From Eledone cirrhosa (taxonomy: Eukaryota): a stretch of 64,000 bases of DNA. The position numbers were made by a program, and so were the translations under genes. The notes beneath the pieces were generated by a model, which saw nothing but the letters and a program-made list of their open reading frames with translations, ran no database searches and was not told where the DNA came from. Below, in pieces: positions 12,401 through 27,400 of the stretch (position 1 is its first letter; each line of letters begins with the position of its first letter). The DNA lies in the NCBI GenBank assembly GCA_964016885.1, contig OZ024749.1:10664001-10728000 (forward strand). The letters are read 5' to 3'.

Positions 12401-15400
12401 CAACAGCAACATTGCCCACACTGGTCGTCACAGTAGTAGTGATATAGTACCAAGCTAGTGGCAGCAGTACACTAACAACAGCTACACTGCCCACACTGGT
12501 CGTCACAGTAGTAGTGATATAGTACCAAGCTAGTGGCAGCAGTACACTAACAACAGCAACATTGCCCACTCTGGTCGTCACAGTAGTAGTGATATAGTAC
12601 CAAGTTAGTGGCAGCAGTACACTAACAACAGCAACATTGCCCACACTGGTCGTCACAGTAGTAGTGATATAGTACCAAGTTAGTGGCAGCAGTACACTAA
12701 CAACAGCAACACTGCCCATTGCCCACACTGGTCGTCACAGTAGTAGTGATATAGTACCAAGTTAGTGGCAGCAGTACACTAACAACAGCAACACTGCCCA
12801 TTGCCCACACTGGTCGTCACAGTAGTAGTGATATAGTACCAAGTTAGTGGCAGCAGTACACTAACAACAGCAACACTGCCCATTGCCCACACTGGTCGTC
12901 ACAGTAGTAGTGATATAGTACCAAGCTAGTGGCAGCAGTACACTAACAACAGCTACACTGCCCACACTGGTCGTCACAGTAGTAGTGATATAGTACCAAG
13001 CTAGTGGCAGCAGTACACTAACAACAGCAACATTGCCCACACTGGTCGTCACAGTAGTAGTGATATAGTACCAAGTTAGTGGCAGCAGTACACTAACAAC
13101 AGCAACATTGCCCACACTGGTCGTCACAGTAGTAGTGATATAGTACCAAGTTAGTGGCAGCAGTACACTAACAACAGCAACACTGCCCATTGCCCACACT
13201 GGTCGTCACAGTAGTAGTGATATAGTACCAAGCTAGTGGCAGCAGTACACTAACAACAGCAACACTGCCCATTACCCACACTGGTCGTCACAGTAGTAGT
13301 GATATAGTACCAAGCTAGTGGCAGCAGTACACTAACAACAGCAACATTGCCCACACTGGTCGTCACAGTAGTAGTGATATAGTACCAAGTTAGTGGCAGC
13401 AGTACACTAACAACAGCAACATTGCCCACACTGGTCGTCACAGTAGTAGTGATATAGTACCAAGTTAGTGGCAGCAGTACACTAACAACAGCAACACTGC
13501 CCATTACCCACACTGGTCGTCACAGTAGTAGTGATATAGTACCAAGCTAGTGGCAGCAGTACACTAACAACAGCAACATTGCCCACACTGGTCGTCACAG
13601 TAGTAGTGATATAGTACCAAGCTAGTGGCAGCAGTACACTAACAACAGCAACACTGCCCATTGCCCACACTGGTCGTCACAGTAGTAGTGATATAGTACC
13701 AAGCTAGTGGCAGCAGTACACTAACAACAGCAACACTGCCCACACTGGTCGTCACAGTAGTAGTGATATAGTACCAAGTTAGTGGCAGCAGTACACTAAC
13801 AACAGCAACACTGCCCATTACCCACACTGGTCGTCACAGTAGTAGTGATATAGTACCAAGCTAGTGGCAGCAGTACACTAACAACAGCAACACTGCCCAT
13901 TGCCCACACTGGTCGTCACAGTAGTAGTGATATAGTACCAAGTTAGTGGCAGCAGTACACTAACAACAGCAACACTGCCCACACTGGTCGTCATAGTAGT
14001 AGTGATATAGTACCAAGCTAGTGGCAGCAGTACACTAACAACAGCAACACTGCCCATTACCCACACTGGTCGTCACAGTAGTAGTGATATAGTACCAAGC
14101 TAGTGGCAGCTAGTACACTAACAACAGCAACACTGCCCACACTGGTCGTCACAGTAGTAGTGATATAGTACCAAGCTAGTGGCAGCAGTACACTAACAAC
14201 AGCAACACTGCCCATTGCCCACACTGGTCGTCACAGTAGTAGTGATATAGTACCAAGCTAGTGGCAGCAGTACACTAACAACAGCAACACTGCCCACACT
14301 GGTCGTCACAGTAGTAGTGATATAGTACCAAGCTAGTGGCAGCTAGTACACTAACAACAGCAACACTGCCCACACTGGTCGTCACAGTAGTAGTGATATA
14401 GTACCAAGCTAGTGGCAGCAGTACACTAACAACAGCAACACTGCCCATTGCCCACACTGGTCGTCACAGTAGTAGTGATATAGTACCAAGTTAGTGGCAG
14501 CAGTACACTAACAACAGCAACACTGCCCATTGCCCACACTGGTCGTCACAGTAGTAGTGATATAGTACCAAGCTAGTGGCAGCTAGTACACTAACAACAG
14601 CAACACTGCCCACACTGGTCGTCACAGTAGTAGTGATATAGTACCAAGCTAGTGGCAGCAGTACACTAACAACAGCAACACTGCCCATTGCCCACACTGG
14701 TCGTCACAGTAGTAGTGATATAGTACCAAGCTAGTGGCAGCAGTACACTAACAACAGCAACACTGCCCACACTGGTCGTCACAGTAGTAGTGATATAGTA
14801 CCAAGCTAGTGGCAGCTAGTACACTAACAACAGCAACACTGCCCACACTGGTCGTCACAGTAGTAGTGATATAGTACCAAGCTAGTGGCAGCAGTACACT
14901 AACAACAGCAACACTGCCCATTGCCCACACTGGTCGTCACAGTAGTAGTGATATAGTACCAAGTTAGTGGCAGCAGTACACTAACAACAGCAACACTGCC
15001 CATTGCCCACACTGGTCGTCACAGTAGTAGTGATATAGTACCAAGCTAGTGGCAGCAGTACACTAACAACAGCAACACTGCCCATTGCCCACACTGGTCG
15101 TCACAGTAGTAGTGATATAGTACCAAGCTAGTGGCAGCAGTACACTAACAACAGCAACACTGCCCATTGCCCACACTGGTCGTCACAGTAGTAGTGATAT
15201 AGTACCAAGCTAGTGGCAGCAGTACACTAACAACAGCAACACTGCCCATTGCCCACACTGGTCGTCACAGTAGTAGTGATATAGTACCAAGTTAGTGGCA
15301 GCAGTACACTAACAACAGCAACACTGCCCACACTGGTCGTCACAGTAGTAGTGATATAGTACCAAGCTAGTGGCAGCAGTACACTAACAACAGCAACACT

Positions 15401-18400
15401 GCCCATTGCCCACACTGGTCGTCACAGTAGTAGTGATATAGTACCAAGCTAGTGGCAGCAGTACACTAACAACAGCAACACTGCCCATTGACCACACTGG
15501 TCGTCACAGTAGTAGTGATATAGTACCAAGTTAGTGGCAGCAGTACACTAACAACAGCAACACTGCCCACACTGGTCGTCACAGTAGTAGTGATATAGTA
15601 CCAAGTTAGTGGCAGCAGTACACTAACAACAGCAACACTGCCCACACTGGTCGTCATAGTAGTAGTGATATAGTACCAAGCTAGTGGCAGCAGTACACTA
15701 ACAACAGCAACACTGCCCATTACCCACACTGGTCGTCACAGTAGTAGTGATATAGTACCAAGCTAGTGGCAGCTAGTACACTAACAACAGCAACACTGCC
15801 CACACTGGTCGTCACAGTAGTAGTGATATAGTACCAAGCTAGTGGCAGCAGTACACTAACAACAGCAACACTGCCCATTGCCCACACTGGTCGTCACAGT
15901 AGTAGTGATATAGTACCAAGCTAGTGGCAGCAGTACACTAACAACAGCAACACTGCCCACACTGGTCGTCACAGTAGTAGTGATATAGTACCAAGTTAGT
16001 GGCAGCAGTACACTAACAACAGCAACACTGCCCATTGCCCACACTGGTCGTCACAGTAGTAGTGATATAGTACCAAGCTAGTGGCAGCAGTACACTAACA
16101 ACAGCAACACTGCCCATTGCCCACACTGGTCGTCACAGTAGTAGTGATATAGTACCAAGTTAGTGGCAGCAGTACACTAACAACAGCAACACTGCCCACA
16201 CTGGTCGTCACAGTAGTAGTGATATAGTACCAAGCTAGTGGCAGCAGTACACTAACAACAGCAACACTGCCCATTGCCCACACTGGTCGTCACAGTAGTA
16301 GTGATATAGTACCAAGCTAGTGGCAGCAGTACACTAACAACAGCAACACTGCCCATTGACCACACTGGTCGTCACAGTAGTAGTGATATAGTACCAAGTT
16401 AGTGGCAGCAGTACACTAACAACAGCAACACTGCCCCACAACTGGTCGTCACAGTAGTAGTGATATAGTACCAAGTTAGTGGCAGCAGTACACTAACAAC
16501 AGCAACACTGCCCCACACTGGTCGTCATAGTAGTAGTGATATAGTACCAAGCTAGTGGCAGCAGTACACTAACAACAGCAACACTGCCCATTACCCCACT
16601 GGTCGTCCAGTAGTAGTGATATAGTACCAAGCTTAGTGGCAGCTAGTACACTAACAACAGCAACACTGCCCACACTGGTCGTCACAGTAGTAGTGATATA
16701 GTACCAAGCTAGTGGCAGCAGTACACTAACAACAGCAACACTGCCCATTGCCCACACTGGTCGTCACAGTAGTAGTGTATAGTACCAAGCTAGTGGCAGC
16801 AGTACACTAACAACAGCAACACTGCCCACACTGGTCGTCACAGTAGTAGTGATATAGTACCAAGTTAGTGGCAGCAGTACACTAACAACAGCAACACTGC
16901 CCATTGCCCACACTGGTCGTCACAGTAGTAGTGATATAGTACCAAGCTAGTGCAGCAGTACACTAACAACAGCAACACTGCCCATTGCCCACACTGGTCG
17001 TCACAGTAGTAGTGATATAGTACCAAGCTAGTGGCAGCAGTACACTAACAACAGCAACACTGCCCATTGCCCACACTGGTCGTCACAGTAGTAGTGATAT
17101 AGTACCAAGTTAGTGGCAGCAGTACACTAACAACAGCAACACTGCCCACACTGGTCGTCACAGTAGTAGTGATATAGTACCAAGCTAGTGGCCAGCAGTA
17201 CACTAACAACAGCAACACTGCCCATTGCCCACACTGGTCGTCACAGTAGTAGTGATATAGTACCAAGCTAGTGGCAGCAGTACACTAACAACAGCAACAC
17301 TGCCCATTGCCCACACTGGTCGTCACAGTAGTAGTGATATAGTACCAAGTTAGTGGCAGCAGTACACTAACAACAGCAACACTGCCCACACTGGTCGTCA
17401 CAGTAGTAGTGATATAGTACCAAGTTAGTGGCAGCAGTACACTAACAACAGCAACACTGCCCTCCACACTGGTCGTCACAGTAGTAGTGATATAGTACCA
17501 AGTTAGTGGCAGCAGTACACTAACAACAGCAACACTGCCCATTGCCCACACTGGTCGTCACAGTAGTAGTGATATAGTACCAAGCTAGTGGCAGCAGTAC
17601 ACTAACAACAGCAACACTGCCATTGCCACACTGGTCGTCACAGTAGTAGTGATATAGTACCAAGCTAGTGGCAGCAGTACACTAACAACAGCAACACTGC
17701 CCATTACCCACACTGGTCGTCCACAGTAGTAGTGATATAGTACAAGCTAGTGGCAGCTAGTACACTAACAACAGCAACACTGCCCACACTGGTCGTCACA
17801 GTAGTAGTGTATATGTACCAAGCTAGTGCAGCAGTACACTAACAACAGCAACACTGCCCATTGCCCACACTGGTCGTCACAGTAGTAGTGATATAGTACC
17901 TAGTGGCAGCAGTACACTAACAACAGCAACATTGCCCACACTGGTCGTCACAGTAGTAGTGATATAGTACCAAGCTAGTGGCAGCAGTACACTAACAACA
18001 GCAACACTGCCCAACGCCCACACTGGTCGTCACAGTAGTAGTGATATAGTACCAAGCTAGTGGCAGCAGTACACTAACAACAGCAACACCAGCCCACACT
18101 GGTCGTCACAGTAGTAGTGATATAGTACCAAGCTAGTGGCAGCAGTACACTAACAACAGCAACATTGCCCACACTGGTCGTCACAGTAGTAGTGATATAG
18201 TACCAAGTTAGTGGCAGCAGTACACTAACAACAGCAACATTGCCCACACTGGTCGTCACAGTAGTAGTGATATAGTACCAAGCTAGTGGCAGCAGTACAC
18301 TAACAACAGCAACACTGCCCACACTGGTCGTCACAGTAGTAGTGATATAGTACCAAGCTAGTGGCAGCAGTACACTAACAACAGCAACACCTGCCCACAC

Positions 18401-21400
18401 TGGTCGTCACAGTAGTAGTGATATAGTACCAAGCTAGTGGCAGCAGTACACTAACAACAGCAACACTGCCTGCCACACTGGTCGTCACAGTAGTAGTGAT
18501 ATAGTACCAAGTTAGTGGCAGCAGTACACTAACAACAGCAACACTGCCCACACTGGTCGTCACAGTAGTAGTGATATAGTACCAAGCTAGTGGCAGCAGT
18601 ACACTAACAACAGCAACACCAGCCCACACTGGTCGTCACAGTAGTAGTGATATAGTACCAAGCTAGTGGCAGCAGTACACTAACAACAGCAACATTGCCC
18701 ACACTGGTCGTCACAGTAGTAGTGATATAGTACCAAGCTAGTGGCAGCAGTACACTAACAACAGCAACACCATGCCCACACTGGTCGTCACAGTAGTAGT
18801 GATATAGTACCAAGTTAGTGGCAGCAGTACACTAACAACAGCAACACTGCCCATTGCCACACTGGTCGTCACAGTAGTAGTGATATAGTACCAAGCTAGT
18901 GGCAGCAGTACACTAACAACAGCAACACTGCCCACACTGGTCGTCACAGTAGTAGTGATATAGTACCAAGCTAGTGGCAGCAGTACACTAACAACAGCAA
19001 CACCTGCCCACACTGGTCGTCACAGTAGTAGTGATATAGTACCAAGCTAGTGGCAGCAGTACACTAACAACAGCAACACTGCCCATTGCCCACACTGGTC
19101 GTCACAGTAGTAGTGATATAGTACCAAGCTAGTGGCAGCAGTACACTAACAACAGCAACACTGCCCACACTGGTCGTCACAGTAGTAGTGATATAGTACC
19201 AAGCTAGTGGCAGCAGTACACTAACAACAGCAACACTGCCCATTGCCCACACTGGTCGTCACAGTAGTAGTGATATAGTACCAAGCTAGTGGCAGCAGTA
19301 CACTAACAACAGCAACATTGCCCACACTGGTCGTCACAGTAGTAGTGATATAGTACCAAGCTAGTGGCAGCAGTACACTAACAACAGCAACACTGCCCCA
19401 CACTGGTCGTCACAGTAGTAGTGATATAGTACCAAGTTAGTGGCAGCAGTACACTAACAACAGCAACACCCCACTGCCACACTGGTCGTCACAGAGTAGT
19501 AGTGATATAGTACCAAGTTAGTGGCAGCAGTACACTAACAACAGCAACATTGCCCACACTGGTCGTCACAGTAGTAGTGATATAGTACCAAGCTAGTGGC
19601 AGCAGTACACTAACAACAGCAACACTGCCCATTGCCCACACTGGTCGTCACAGTAGTAGTGATATAGTACCAAGCTAGTGGCAGCAGTACACTAACAACA
19701 GCAACACTGCCCACACTGGTCGTCACAGTAGTAGTGATATAGTACCAAGCTAGTGGCAGCAGTACACTAACAACAGCAACATTGCCCACACTGGTCGTCA
19801 CAGTAGTAGTGATATAGTACCAAGTTAGTGGCAGCAGTACACTAACAACAGCAACCATTGCCCACACTGGTCGTCACAGTAGTAGTGATATAGTACCAAG
19901 TTAGTGGCAGCAGTACACTAACAACAGCAACACTGCCCACACTGGTCGTCACAGTAGTAGTGATATAGTACCAAGCTAGTGGCAGCAGTACACTAACAAC
20001 AGCAACACTGCCATTGCCCACACTGGTCGTCACAGTAGTAGTGATATAGTACCAAGTTAGTGGCAGCAGTACACTAACAACAGCAACACTGCCCATTGCC
20101 CACACTGGTCGTCACAGTAGTAGTGATATAGTACCAAGTTAGTGGCAGCAGTACACTAACAACAGCAACACTGCCCATTGCCCACACTGGTCGTCACAGT
20201 AGTAGTGATATAGTACCAAGCTAGTGGCAGCAGTACACTAACAACAGCAACACTGCCCACACTGGTCGTCACAGTAGTAGTGATATAGTACCAAGCTAGT
20301 GGCAGCAGTACACTAACAACAGCAACATTGCCCACACTGGTCGTCACAGTAGTAGTGATATAGTACCAAGTTAGTGGCAGCAGTACACTAACAACAGCAA
20401 CATTGCCCACACTGGTCGTCACAGTAGTAGTGATATAGTACCAAGTTAGTGGCAGCAGTACACTAACAACAGCAACACTGCCCATTGCCCACACTGGTCG
20501 TCACAGTAGTAGTGATATAGTACCAAGCTAGTGGCAGCAGTACACTAACAACAGCAACACTGCCCATTACCCACACTGGTCGTCACAGTAGTAGTGATAT
20601 AGTACCAAGTTAGTGGCAGCAGTACACTAACAACAGCAACATTGCCCACACTGGTCGTCACAGTAGTAGTGATATAGTACCAAGTTAGTGGCAGCAGTAC
20701 ACTAACAACAGCAACACTGCCCACACTGGTCGTCACAGTAGTAGTGATATAGTACCAAGTTAGTGGCAGCAGTACACTAACAACAGCAACACTGCCCATT
20801 ACCCACACTGGTCGTCACAGTAGTAGTGATATAGTACCAAGCTAGTGGCAGCAGTACACTAACAACAGCAACACTTGCCCACACTGGTCGTCACAGTAGT
20901 AGTGATATAGTACCAAGCTAGTGGCAGCAGTACACTAACAACAGCAACACTGCCCATTGCCCACACTGGTCGTCACAGTAGTAGTGATATAGTACCAAGC
21001 TAGTGGCAGCAGTACACTAACAACAGCAACACTGCCCACACTGGTCGTCACAGTAGTAGTGATATAGTACCAAGTTAGTGGCAGCAGTACACTAACAACA
21101 GCAACACTGCCCATTACCCACACTGGTCGTCACAGTAGTAGTGATATAGTACCAAGCTAGTGGCAGCAGTACACTAACAACAGCAACACTGCCCATTGCC
21201 CACACTGGTCGTCACAGTAGTAGTGATATAGTACCAAGTTAGTGGCAGCAGTACACTAACAACAGCAACACTGCCCACACTGGTCGTCACAGTAGTAGTG
21301 ATATAGTACCAAGCTAGTGGCAGCAGTACACTAACAACAGCAACACTGCCCATTGCCCACACTGGTCGTCACAGTAGTAGTGATATAGTACCAAGCTAGT

Positions 21401-24400
21401 GGCAGCAGTACACTAACAACAGCAACACTGCCCACACTGGTCGTCACAGTAGTAGTGATATAGTACCAAGCTAGTGGCAGCAGTACACTAACAACAGCAA
21501 CACTGCCCATTGCCCACACTGGTCGTCACAGTAGTAGTGATATAGTACCAAGCTAGTGGCAGCAGTACACTAACAACAGCAACACTGCCCACACTGGTCG
21601 TCACAGTAGTAGTGATATAGTACCAAGTTAGTGGCAGCAGTACACTAACAACAGCAACACTGCCCATTGCCCACACTGGTCGTCACAGTAGTAGTGATAT
21701 AGTACCAAGCTAGTGGCAGCAGTACACTAACAACAGCAACACTGCCCATTGCCCACACTGGTCGTCACAGTAGTAGTGATATAGTACCAAGCTAGTGGCA
21801 GCAGTACACTAACAACAGCAACACTGCCCATTCCCACACTGGTCGTCACAGTAGTAGTGATATAGTACCAAGTTAGTGGCAGCAGTACACTAACAACAGC
21901 AACACTGCCCACACTGGTCGTCACAGTAGTAGTGATATAGTACCAAGCTAGTGGCAGCAGTACACTAACAACAGCAACACTGCCCATTGCCCACACTGGT
22001 CGTCACAGTAGTAGTGATATAGTACCAAGCTAGTGGCAGCAGTACACTAACAACAGCAACACTGCCCATTGACCACACTGGTCGTCACAGTAGTAGTGAT
22101 ATAGTACCAAGTTAGTGGCAGCAGTACACTAACAACAGCAACACTGCCCACACTGGTCGTCACAGTAGTAGTGATATAGTACCAAGTTAGTGGCAGCAGT
22201 ACACTAACAACAGCAACACTGCCCACACTGGTCGTCACAGTAGTAGTGATATAGTACCAAGCTAGTGGCAGCAGTACACTAACAACAGCAACACTGCCCA
22301 TTGCCCACACTGGTCGTCACAGTAGTAGTGATATAGTACCAAGCTAGTGGCAGCAGTACACTAACAACAGCAACACTGCCCACACTGGTCGTCACAGTAG
22401 TAGTGATATAGTACCAAGCTAGTGGCAGCAGTACACTAACAACAGCAACACTGCCATTGCCCACACTGGTCGTCACAGTAGTAGTGATATAGTACCAAGC
22501 TAGTGGCAGCAGTACACTAACAACAGCAACACTGCCCACACTGGTCGTCACAGTAGTAGTGATATAGTACCAAGCTAGTGGCAGCAGTACACTAACAACA
22601 GCAACACTGCCCATTGCCCACACTGGTCGTCACAGTAGTAGTGATATAGTACCAAGCTAGTGGCAGCAGTACACTAACAACAGCAACACTGCCCATTGCC
22701 CACACTGGTCGTCACAGTAGTAGTGATATAGTACCAAGCTAGTGGCAGCAGTACACTAACAACAGCAACACTGCCATCCCACACTGGTCGTCACAGTAGT
22801 AGTGATATAGTACCAAGTTAGTGGCAGCAGTACACTAACAACAGCAACACTGCCCACACTGGTCGTCACAGTAGTAGTGATATAGTACCAAGCTAGTGGC
22901 AGCAGTACACTAACAACAGCAACACTGCCCATTGCCCACACTGGTCGTCACAGTAGTAGTGATATAGTACCAAGCTAGTGGCAGCAGTACACTAACAACA
23001 GCAACACTGCCCATTGACCACACTGGTCGTCACAGTAGTAGTGATATAGTACCAAGCTAGTGGCAGCAGTACACTAACAACAGCAACACTGCCCACACTG
23101 GTCGTCACAGTAGTAGTGATATAGTACCAAGTTAGTGGCAGCAGTACACTAACAACAGCAACACTGCCCACACTGGTCGTCACAGTAGTAGTGATATAGT
23201 ACCAAGCTAGTGGCAGCAGTACACTAACAACAGCAACACTGCCCATTGCCCACACTGGTCGTCACAGTAGTAGTGATATAGTACCAAGTTAGTGGCAGCA
23301 GTACACTAACAACAGCAACACTGCCCCACACTGGTCGTCACAGTAGTAGTGATATAGTACCAAGCTAGTGGCAGCAGTACACTAACAACAGCAACACTGC
23401 CCATTACCCACACTGGTCGTCACAGTAGTAGTGATATAGTACCAAGCTAGTGGCAGCAGTACACTAACAACAGCAACACTGCCCACACTGGTCGTCACAG
23501 TAGTAGTGATATAGTACCAAGCTAGTGGCAGCAGTACACTAACAACAGCAACACTGCCCATTGCCCACACTGGTCGTCACAGTAGTAGTGATATAGTACC
23601 AAGCTAGTGGCAGCAGTACACTAACAACAGCAACATTGCCCACACTGGTCGTCACAGTAGTAGTGATATAGTACCAAGCTAGTGGCAGCAGTACACTAAC
23701 AACAGCAACACTGCCCACCCACACTGGTCGTCACAGTAGTAGTGATATAGTACCAAGCTAGTGGCAGCAGTACACTAACAACAGCAACACCAGCCCCACA
23801 CTGGTCGTCACAGTAGTAGTGATATAGTACCAAGCTAGTGGCAGCAGTACACTAACAACAGCAACACTGCCCACACTGGTCGTCACAGTAGTAGTGATAT
23901 AGTACCAAGTTAGTGGCAGCAGTACACTAACAACAGCAACACTGCCCACACTGGTCGTCACAGTAGTAGTGATATAGTACCAAGCTAGTGGCAGCAGTAC
24001 ACTAACAACAGCAACACTGCCCACACTGGTCGTCACAGTAGTAGTGATATAGTACCAAGCTAGTGGCAGCAGTACACTAACAACAGCAACACCATCCCAC
24101 ACTGGTCGTCACAGTAGTAGTGATATAGTACCAAGCTAGTGGCAGCAGTACACTAACAACAGCAACACTGCCCACACTGGTCGTCACAGTAGTAGTGATA
24201 TAGTACCAAGCTAGTGGCAGCAGTACACTAACAACAGCAACACTGCCCACACTGGTCGTCACAGTAGTAGTGATATAGTACCAAGCTAGTGCAGCAGTAC
24301 ACTAACAACAGCAACACCTACCCACACTGGTCGTCACAGTAGTAGTGATATAGTACCAAGCTAGTGGCAGCAGTACACTAACAACAGCAACACTGCCCAC

Positions 24401-27400
24401 ACTGGTCGTCACAGTAGTAGTGATATAGTACCAAGCTAGTGCAGCAGTACACTAACAACAGCAACACTGCCCATTGCCCACACTGGTCGTCACAGTAGTA
24501 GTGATATAGTACCAAGCTAGTGGCAGCAGTACACTAACAACAGCAACACCTGCCCACACTGGTCGTCNNNNNNNNNNNNNNNNNNNNNNNNNNNNNNNNN
24601 NNNNNNNNNNNNNNNNNNNNNNNNNNNNNNNNNNNNNNNNNNNNNNNNNNNNNNNNNNNNNNNNNNNNNNNNNNNNNNNNNNNNNNNNNNNNNNNNNNNN
24701 NNNNNNNNNNNNNNNNNNNNNNNNNNNNNNNNNNNNNNNNNNNNNNNNNNNNNNNNNNNNNNNNNNNCACTCGTCGTCACAGTAGTAGTGATATAGTACC
24801 AAGCTAAGTGGCAGCCAGTACACTAACAACAGCAACACTGCCCACTCACCCACACTGGTCGTCACAGTAGTAGTGATATGTACCAAAGCTAGTGGCAAGC
24901 AGTACACTAACAACAGCAACACTGCCCATTGCCCACACTGGTCGTCACAGTAGTAGTGATATAGTACCAAGCTAGTGCAGCAGTACACTACAACAGCAAC
25001 ACTGCCATTGCCCACACTGGTCGTCACAAGTAGTTGGATATAGTAACAAGCTAGTGGCAGCAGTACACTAACAACAGCAACACTGCCCATTGCCCACACT
25101 GTGTCGTCACAGTAGTAGTGATATAGTACCAAGCTAGTGGCAGCAGTACACTAACAACAGCAACACTGCCCATTGCCCACACTGGTCGTCACAGTAGTAG
25201 TGATATAGTACCAAGTAGTGGCAGCAGTACACTAACAACAGCAACACTGCCCATTGCCCACACTGGTCGTCACAGTAGTAGTGATATAGTACCAAGTTAG
25301 TGGCAGCAGTACACTAACAACAGCAACACTGCCCCCATTGCCCACACTGGGTCGTCACAGTAGTAGTGATATAGTACCAAGTAGTGGCAGCAGTACACTA
25401 ACAACAGCAACACTGCCCATTGCCCACACTGGGTCGTCACAGTAGTAGTGATATAGTACCAAGTTAGTGGCAGCAGTACACTAACAACAGCAACACTGCC
25501 CATTGCCCACACTGGTCGTCACAGTAGTAGTGATATAGTACCAAGCTAGTGGCAGCAGTACACTAACAACAGCAACACTGCCCATTGCCCACACTGGTCG
25601 TCACAGTAGTAGTGATATAGTACCAAGCTAGTGGCAGCAGTACACTAACAACAAGCAACACTGCCCATTGCCCACACTGGTCGTCACAGTAGTAGTGATA
25701 TAGTACCAATTAGTGGCAGCAGTACACTAACAACCAGCAACACTGCCATTGCCCACACTGGTCGTCACAGTAGTAGTGATATAGTACCAAGCTAGTGGCA
25801 GCAGTACACTAACAACAGCAACACTGCCCCATTGCCCACACTGGTCGTCACAGTAGTAGTGATATAGTACCAAGTTAGTGGCAGCAGTACACTAACAACA
25901 GCAACACTGCCCATTGCCCACACTGGTCGTCACAGTAGTAGTGATATAGTACCAAGCTAGTGGCAGCAGTACACTAACAACAGCAACACTGCCCATTGCC
26001 CACACTGGTCGTCACAGTAGTAGTGATATAGTACCAAGTTAGTGGCAGCAGTACACTAACAACAGCAACACTGCCCATTGCCCACACTGGTCGTCACAGT
26101 AGTAGTGATATAGTACCAAGCTAGTGGCAGCAGTACACTAACAACAGCAACACTGCCCATTGCCCACACTGGTCGTCACAGTAGTAGTGATATAGTACCA
26201 AGTTAGTGGCAGCAGTACACTAACAACAGCAACACTGCCCATTGCCCACACTGGTCGTCACAGTAGTAGTGATATAGTACCAAGCTAGTGGCAGCAGTAC
26301 ACTAACAACAGCAACACTGCCCATTGCCCACACTGGTCGTCACAGTAGTAGTGATATAGTACCAAGTTAGTGGCAGCAGTACACTAACAACAGCAACACT
26401 GCCCATTGCCCACACTGGTCGTCACAGTAGTAGTGATATAGTACCAAGCTAGTGGCAGCAGTACACTAACAACAGCAACACTGCCCATTGCCCACACTGG
26501 TCGTCACAGTAGTAGTGATATAGTACCAAGTTAGTGGCAGCAGTACACTAACAACAGCAACACCACCCACACTGGTCGTCACAGTAGTAGTGATATAGTA
26601 CCAAGCTAGTGGCAGCAGTACACTAACAACAGCAACATCCCTGCCCACACTGGTCGTCACAGTAGTAGTGATATAGTACCAAGCTAGTGGCAGCAGTACA
26701 CTAACAACAGCAACACTGCCCATTGCCCACACTGGTCGTCACAGTAGTAGTGATATAGTACCAAGCTAGTGGCAGCAGTACACTAACAACAGCAACACAG
26801 CCCACACTGGTCGTCACAGTAGTAGTGATATAGTACCAAGCTAGTGGCAGCAGTACACTAACAACAGCAACACTGCCCATTGCCCACACTGGTCGTCACA
26901 GTAGTAGTGATATAGTACCAAGCTAGTGGCAGCAGTACACTAACAACAGCAACACTGCCCACACTGGTCGTCACAGTAGTAGTGATATAGTACCAAGTTA
27001 GTGGCAGCAGTACACTAACAACAGCAACACCACCCACACTGGTCGTCACAGTAGTAGTGATATAGTACCAAGCTAGTGGCAGCTAGTACACTAACAACAG
27101 CAACACTGCCCATTGCCCACACTGGTCGTCACAGTAGTAGTGATATAGTACCAAGCTAGTGGCAGCAGTACACTAACAACAGCAACACTGCCCATTGCCC
27201 ACACTGGTCGTCACAGTAGTAGTGATATAGTACCAAGCTAGTGGCAGCAGTACACTAACAACAGCAACACTGCCCACACTGGTCGTCACAGTAGTAGTGA
27301 TATAGTACCAAGTTAGTGGCAGCAGTACACTAACAACAGCAACACTGCCCATTACCCACACTGGTCGTCACAGTAGTAGTGATATAGTACCAAGTTAGTG

